37,666 nucleotides of DNA, taken from a virus. The position numbers and the translations under genes were made by a program. How positions within the stretch are numbered: the stretch's first letter is position 1; each line of letters starts with the position of its first letter. Below are positions 33,172 to 37,666 of this stretch, one piece after another. The notes under the pieces are model-generated. The model saw nothing but the letters and a program-made list of their open reading frames with translations, was not told where the DNA came from and made no database searches. The stretch lies in UHGV virus genome UHGV-0324630. One strand, written 5' to 3'.

Positions 33172-34281
33172 ATGACCGATACCACCATGCAATTGCTCAG
33201 TCAGGGCACAGACCCCGTGAAAATGCCGGATTTTGATATTCTCGCGGAGGGTAAAACGCTGTCAGGCGTGGCAGAGCGCCTGATGAGCCTGTCACTGACC
33301 GACAACCGGGGATTTGAGGCGGACCAGCTCACCATCACGCTGGATGATGCGGATGGTCAGTTGCAGCTACCGCCACGGGGCGCGCGCCTGACGGTTCTCA
33401 TTGGCTGGAAAGGAGAACCGCTGACAGAAAAAGGCACTTACATTGTTGATGAAATCGCTCACGAAGGACCGCCGGACAGGCTGACTGTTTCAGCCAGAAG
33501 CGCAGATTTTCGGGATGAATTTAACGTTAAACGTGAAGTGTCCTGGCATGATGTGACCGTTGAGCGCGTGGTATCCGCCATCGCTCATCGGTATGGTCTG
33601 AAACCGCAAATCAGCGAAATGCTGATGGATATCGAAATCGACCACGCCGACCAGACCGAAGAAAGCGACATGTCCTTCCTCACGCGCATGGCGGAAATGC
33701 TGGGCGCAATCACCACGGTAAAAAGCGGTAACCTGTTATTCATCATGCCCGGCGGTGGCGTGAACGCACAGGGCCAGCCGTTGCCCTCGTTCGCCATCAC
33801 ACGCAGCAGCGGCGATCGCCATCAGTTCCGCATTGCTGACCGCGAAGCGTATACGGGGGTACGCGCTTACTGGCTTGATCTTAATTACGGGAAAAAGAAA
33901 AAAGTCAGCGTGAAACGCCGCAAACCGCCAAAACCCAAAAAGGAGAAAAGCAGCAGCCGTGAAGGTGATTATATGGAAGGCGCAGAAGGCAATGTGTTTG
34001 TGTTACGCAAGACTTATCAGAACGAGCAGGCAGCAAGACGCGCAGCGGCGGCAAAGTGGCAGCAGCTACAACGCGGAGCCGCATCATTTTCCATCACGCT
34101 GGCGCGTGGACGTGCAGAACTCTACCCCGAAATGCATGGCACGGTAACAGGATTTAAAAGCGAGATTGATAATCAGGACTGGATTATTGCAAAAGCCGAG
34201 CACACTATTGATGACAGTGGCTTTACCACACAGCTTGAGCTTGAAGCAAAAATCCCGGAATGGATAGCGGAAACAGAATGA
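33172..34281 (+). CDS. D: Tail/late control protein D, P2 gpD-like
   Basis: Start taken at ATG 33172 (GGAGGG RBS); about 369 aa. The track's upstream extension from 33040 overlaps the sheath-gene upstream region and is rejected. Confidence 0.88.
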   Translation: MTDTTMQLLSQGTDPVKMPDFDILAEGKTLSGVAERLMSLSLTDNRGFEADQLTITLDDADGQLQLPPRGARLTVLIGWKGEPLTEKGTYIVDEIAHEGPPDRLTVSARSADFRDEFNVKREVSWHDVTVERVVSAIAHRYGLKPQISEMLMDIEIDHADQTEESDMSFLTRMAEMLGAITTVKSGNLLFIMPGGGVNAQGQPLPSFAITRSSGDRHQFRIADREAYTGVRAYWLDLNYGKKKKVSVKRRKPPKPKKEKSSSREGDYMEGAEGNVFVLRKTYQNEQAARRAAAAKWQQLQRGAASFSITLARGRAELYPEMHGTVTGFKSEIDNQDWIIAKAEHTIDDSGFTTQLELEAKIPEWIAETE

Positions 34282-34680
34282 GCAAATTAGATGTATTGAC
34301 TCAAACCAGAACTGACACACTCACAGCACAGTGCCAGACCCAATCTGGCAGCCCGCTTTGTGCCTAGAGCAGGTGTTGCTTATGTAACAGTTAATCCACG
34401 GATAGTGGTCATGAATGCTGGTTGAAGTTGTATTGCCATGAGTGGTCAATTAGGGACTCACTTATTATCGCGTGCTCACCATTGATGGGTAAGATCATGC
34501 ATTTCGGCTACTGTACTTCGCGAATCCTCCACACACAGGCAACACCTGATTTAAGAACAGAGGGAGATGATGACGCAAGGAAGATTTATTATCGTGCATG
34601 TGGCAGATGATCTTTTAGCTGCCGGAGTGATAAATTACACCTATTTTCGATAAGTGTTTTTGTTATAGAACATTAATTTC

Positions 34681-35820
34681 GTGGGAAACAATAAAGTGAA
34701 ATTAGGAAGAAATGATAAGTGCTGGTGTAATTCAGGACTTAAGTATAAAAAGTGCCATCTTGGTCGAGACCGTGAAACTCCGGTATCCAAAGCCGAGGCA
34801 CTGAAATTTTCAAAGTCTCTCTCGCAGAGAAAGGCATGTTATGCGCCAGCATCCATGCACGAAGATTGTGATAAACGCATCGTTCAGGCGCATACGATAT
34901 CTAAGAGCAGTAGCCTTAAGGCGATCGCCGACTCCAGCAATCACGTCATGGGGGTGATAATGAACTTAGCAAGCCTGATGAGAAACAACGGAAAATGGCT
35001 TCCCGAGAAGATCGGTATCAATCAGGCATCCACTTTTACAGGATTTTGTGCAGTTCATGACAGAATCTTGTTTTCATGCCTAGAGAACGAAAAATTTACA
35101 GGCACGGACGAGCAGTGCTTTGCCTTAATGTTTCGTTCATTGTCTAAAGAAATTTACGCCAAAGAAGGGGGAGTGCTATCTTCCGATTTTGCTAAAAATG
35201 CCGATAAAGGAAAGCTACAAGTTGAACAGTATTATATTCAGAAATTAATCGACCAGCACCAAAGTGGCTTAAATGCAGCAATAATTGAATTAAATAATCT
35301 TAAAACTAGCCTCGACCGCATCCTACTTAGCAGGCAATTTTCAGAAATTGAAAGTGTTATCTTCACTTTTGCAGAGCCTTTACCAATTGTAGTTTCGTCA
35401 ATTCTTTCACCGGAGAGGGATTTCGATGGGACCAAAATTCAGGATTTGAGCGATCTTACAGTGTCGGCGGAACAAGTATGTTTCAATGCTTTTTCCTGCG
35501 GAGGTAAGGGATATGTAGTGTTCAGTTGGCTGAGAACTTCAACAATTATCAGACGTTTTATACGGACACTAATTAAGATCCCGGCTAACAGGATGTTCAA
35601 TACCCTTCTGTATTTTTTCTTCACAAAGGCCGAAAATACATATTCATCCCCTGAGTGGTGGGACAGGCTCAGTGATAAACAGCGAGAGAATATCGGCAAC
35701 ATGATTATGTCAGGGGTTGAATTTTTTGGCAGACCTACATCACAGGTTGATCATTCCGTTGATTATAACGCCGCTGCACTTGAAGAGATAACATGCAGCA
35801 ACAACGAAATTTGCAGCTGA
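34681..35820 (+). CDS. Uncharacterised protein with N-terminal SEC-C-like zinc-binding motif (C-W-C-x8-C-H); AT-rich cargo gene inserted between gpD and ogr
   Basis: 379-aa ORF (GTG start, start uncertain; alternative GTG at 34696); N-terminal KCWCNSGLKYKKCH; rest unrecognised; strongly AT-rich with about 400 bp and about 290 bp non-coding flanks. Confidence 0.65.
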   Translation: MGNNKVKLGRNDKCWCNSGLKYKKCHLGRDRETPVSKAEALKFSKSLSQRKACYAPASMHEDCDKRIVQAHTISKSSSLKAIADSSNHVMGVIMNLASLMRNNGKWLPEKIGINQASTFTGFCAVHDRILFSCLENEKFTGTDEQCFALMFRSLSKEIYAKEGGVLSSDFAKNADKGKLQVEQYYIQKLIDQHQSGLNAAIIELNNLKTSLDRILLSRQFSEIESVIFTFAEPLPIVVSSILSPERDFDGTKIQDLSDLTVSAEQVCFNAFSCGGKGYVVFSWLRTSTIIRRFIRTLIKIPANRMFNTLLYFFFTKAENTYSSPEWWDRLSDKQRENIGNMIMSGVEFFGRPTSQVDHSVDYNAAALEEITCSNNEICS

Positions 35821-36109
35821 ATGTTTACATGCTGTTAGAAAAAGCGGGCTGAACAATCATTTCGGGATTGTAACAGATAAGATGGCACTGCCCGCTTGCT
35901 TCCCGATATGTACCTCAGCCAATAAACTTATGTAAGCAACCGATTTCCATTTATGCGGAGGTTATCAAAGTTGTTGGAGTTGCGAACTTCCGCTCTTCGC
36001 ACAAAGCGTACCGCTAGGTTTGATTGTATTCTGGCTGCGCAAACTGTCAGTTGGAGTCTGAGCTATTACAACTTAGAATAGCGGCAGCACCACGTTAAGG
36101 GAGGTCGCT

Positions 36110-36370
36110 ATGTTCCGTTGTCCGCTTTGTGGCGCATCTGCCCGAATCCGCACCAGTCGTCCGGAAAACGATTCAAACACTGTGCGGCAAAAGTATTACC
36201 AGTGTAACAACCTGGAATGCGGCGTATGCTTCTCAACACTGGAAGCTTTCCATAAATTCACATCAAAACACGCCTCCGGCGTTCACTCTTCGGAAGGTAT
36301 CCCGTGGCATGAGCTGCCAGCTTCACACAGGGGAAACAATCAGATGAGTTTGCCTTTACCTCAGAATTAA
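36110..36370 (+). CDS. ogr: Ogr/Delta-family zinc-finger late-gene transcription activator
   Basis: MFRCPLCGASARIRTSR...QKYYQCNNLECGVCFSTLE matches the P2 Ogr pattern (MFHCPLCQHAAHARTSR...RYHQCQNVNCSATF, from memory): C-x2-C ... C-x4-C zinc finger. Confidence 0.85.
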   Translation: MFRCPLCGASARIRTSRPENDSNTVRQKYYQCNNLECGVCFSTLEAFHKFTSKHASGVHSSEGIPWHELPASHRGNNQMSLPLPQN

Positions 36371-36561
36371 CAGGCAGAATTGCCGGAGTAACAAAAAAAC
36401 GATAGATTACCCGCGGGTGCCTTTCGGCTGATGGTCGGAGGGAATACCCGAAGGCCGGATGTGGAAAGGCCCCGGAAAACATTTCTGTTTAACCGAGGCC
36501 CTAACATATCTACCTTAAGCAAGTGATAGGTTAGCGCCTCTCCAACAAAGGAGCAAGCGCT

Positions 36562-36702
36562 ATGTCGCAAAAATCGCTTACGGCCATCACGTTCTGCGTG
36601 ACGGTAATCCTCATCATCTGGATGCTACACGGTTCGCTGTGTGAAATACGGATGAGCTTCTGGGGAGCGGAGTTTGCGGCGTTCTTACAGTGTAAGCAGT
36701 AA
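36562..36702 (+). CDS. Hok/Gef-family type I toxin (small membrane toxin)
   Basis: 46-aa ORF with AAAGGAG RBS: MSQKSLTAITFCVTVILIIWMLHGSLCEIRMSFWGAEFAAFLQCKQ; N-terminal TM helix then the SLCEIR motif characteristic of Hok/SrnB/PndA; not in the ORF track (below 60 aa). Confidence 0.8.
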   Translation: MSQKSLTAITFCVTVILIIWMLHGSLCEIRMSFWGAEFAAFLQCKQ

Positions 36703-36790
36703 GGAAACCGCGACGGGGGAGCAATCCCCCGTCAATCGGTTGCTAAGGTTGGCTGAAGTGGCACCCTATCTCACAGACATGAACAACAAA

Positions 36791-36822
36791 CCCGCAGCGT
36801 AAGAACTGCGGGTTTTCTTTTT
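36791..36822 (+). terminator. Intrinsic terminator (CCCGCAG-loop-CTGCGGG then TTTTCTTTTT) ending the hok-like transcript
   Basis: 7-bp GC-rich stem followed by a U-rich tract, read directly. Confidence 0.6.
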
Positions 36823-36890
36823 GGAACTATCACTAGCTAGTGTACCGTTAACGGCACATAATGCTCGCACAACAAACCTGTTAAAAGAGA

Positions 36891-37172
36891 TTACTCAGCA
36901 TTCTCCTGCTTCCATTGCCGGATCATTTCATCGGTAACATCACCCTCATAACATACCACGTCATACCCTCCATTACGGCTATATGCACTGCGTCCACCAC
37001 ATCTACTACCATTCCTTGCATGATTAAAAGGACACGCACAATTGCCTGGATAAGATTCAATGGATTCTTTAATTATTTCTTTTTTGATCTGAGCATCAGA
37101 CTTTCCTGTTGCTGCATATCCACTAAAAGATACTAAACAAAGGCAGATTGCCATTAATAAACCACATCGCAT
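36891..37172 (-). CDS. Small secreted cysteine-rich protein (signal peptide), unknown function; AT-rich
   Basis: Start taken at internal ATG (MRCGLLMAICLCLVSFSGYAA signal-like N-terminus); mature part has 5 Cys; true start uncertain (track ORF extends to 37286). Confidence 0.45.
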   Translation of the reverse strand: MRCGLLMAICLCLVSFSGYAATGKSDAQIKKEIIKESIESYPGNCACPFNHARNGSRCGGRSAYSRNGGYDVVCYEGDVTDEMIRQWKQENAE

Positions 37173-37453
37173 ACCGATACACTCTATTACTAACCAATCA
37201 TAGCCCACATCATAAAATCGAGATGAGGAGCACAATACCTTTAACAAGAAGGTGTCATAACGATAATATGTCGTGCAATTCATCAAAAAAAAGATCTATA
37301 TCAAAGAGATAGAACTCTTATCAGTGCTTCAGACATCGGCATTCGAGGCAGCAGAAAAACAGTAAATCTGACGAATTTGCCTTTTCCCAAGATGTTGTCA
37401 GATTAAAAAGATAGATTAGCGCAGGTACCTGTTGGTGGATTGCAGGAGGAAAA

Positions 37454-37558
37454 ATGAAGTCGAGTGGAAAAATCCCAGAAAAATTTTTGTTTAACAGAGG
37501 TCCTGGTTCACTATGCGAAATACGGAGGAGCTGCAGAAGAATTCTGCTTCATCCTTAG
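37454..37558 (+). pseudogene. Degenerate second hok-like copy: retains the GSLCEIR-encoding segment but lacks the hydrophobic N-terminal helix
   Basis: 34-codon ORF MKSSGKIPEKFLFNRGPGSLCEIRRSCRRILLHP; nucleotide similarity to the first hok copy (ggttcactatgcgaaatacgg vs ggttcgctgtgtgaaatacgg) with three synonymous third-position differences. Confidence 0.3.
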
Positions 37559-37644
37559 AGTTTAAACAGCACGTGCACTACCATTGTTTCTGCATATCGC
37601 CACACCATCGCCACTCTACCGCCATTGCACAAAATACAAATACG

Positions 37645-37666
37645 AAAAAACCACCCGAAGGTGGTT
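37645..37666. terminator. Hairpin AACCACC-cgaa-GGTGGTT preceded by A6 at the window edge; terminator-like (U-tract on the minus strand; plus-strand tail cut off by the window)
   Basis: Read directly; window ends inside the 3' arm. Confidence 0.35.

Noticed and set aside
34422-34610. 62-aa ORF in the non-coding leader upstream of the SEC-C protein gene
   Set aside because: No RBS, odd composition, lies in an AT-rich intergenic region; more likely promoter/leader sequence.

Overview
This 37.7-kb window is almost entirely one P2-like (Peduovirus-type) myovirus prophage. It appears to be integrated at a tRNA-Leu gene: only the 3' ~55 nt of the tRNA (the att core) is present at 45-99 next to the integrase, and the other prophage end lies beyond the right edge. 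Left to right: att core, tyrosine integrase, two cargo genes and an XRE-HTH repressor (all leftward); divergent RHH and Cox-like early genes; a run of small early genes; rolling-circle replication initiator gpA; a ParM/ParR actin-type partition cassette with candidate centromere repeats; AT-rich cargo (an interrupted Zn-ribbon ORF and a 4-TM membrane protein); the probable cos region; portal Q and terminase P (leftward); scaffold O, capsid N, small terminase M, head completion L, tail protein X, a lysis cassette, tail completion R/S, baseplate V/W/J/I, tail fibre H and its assembly chaperone; a hexapeptide acetyltransferase; the sheath/tube/E-E'/tape-measure/U block on the minus strand; gpD; an AT-rich gene for a SEC-C-motif protein; Ogr; and a Hok-family type I toxin locus, a small secreted protein and a second degenerate hok-like copy. 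All calls rest on reading the six-frame translations and the sequence by eye against remembered protein families; no database search was run. The strongest candidates for undescribed biology are the cargo genes sitting where canonical P2 has none or has its known accessory loci: (1) the ParMR cassette plus membrane protein after gene A, (2) the HTH-regulator/membrane-protein pair sharing an NNR[IV]AGRD motif between repressor and integrase, (3) the SEC-C-motif protein between gpD and ogr, (4) the acetyltransferase beside the tail fibre genes, and (5) the hok-like toxin copies at the right end.
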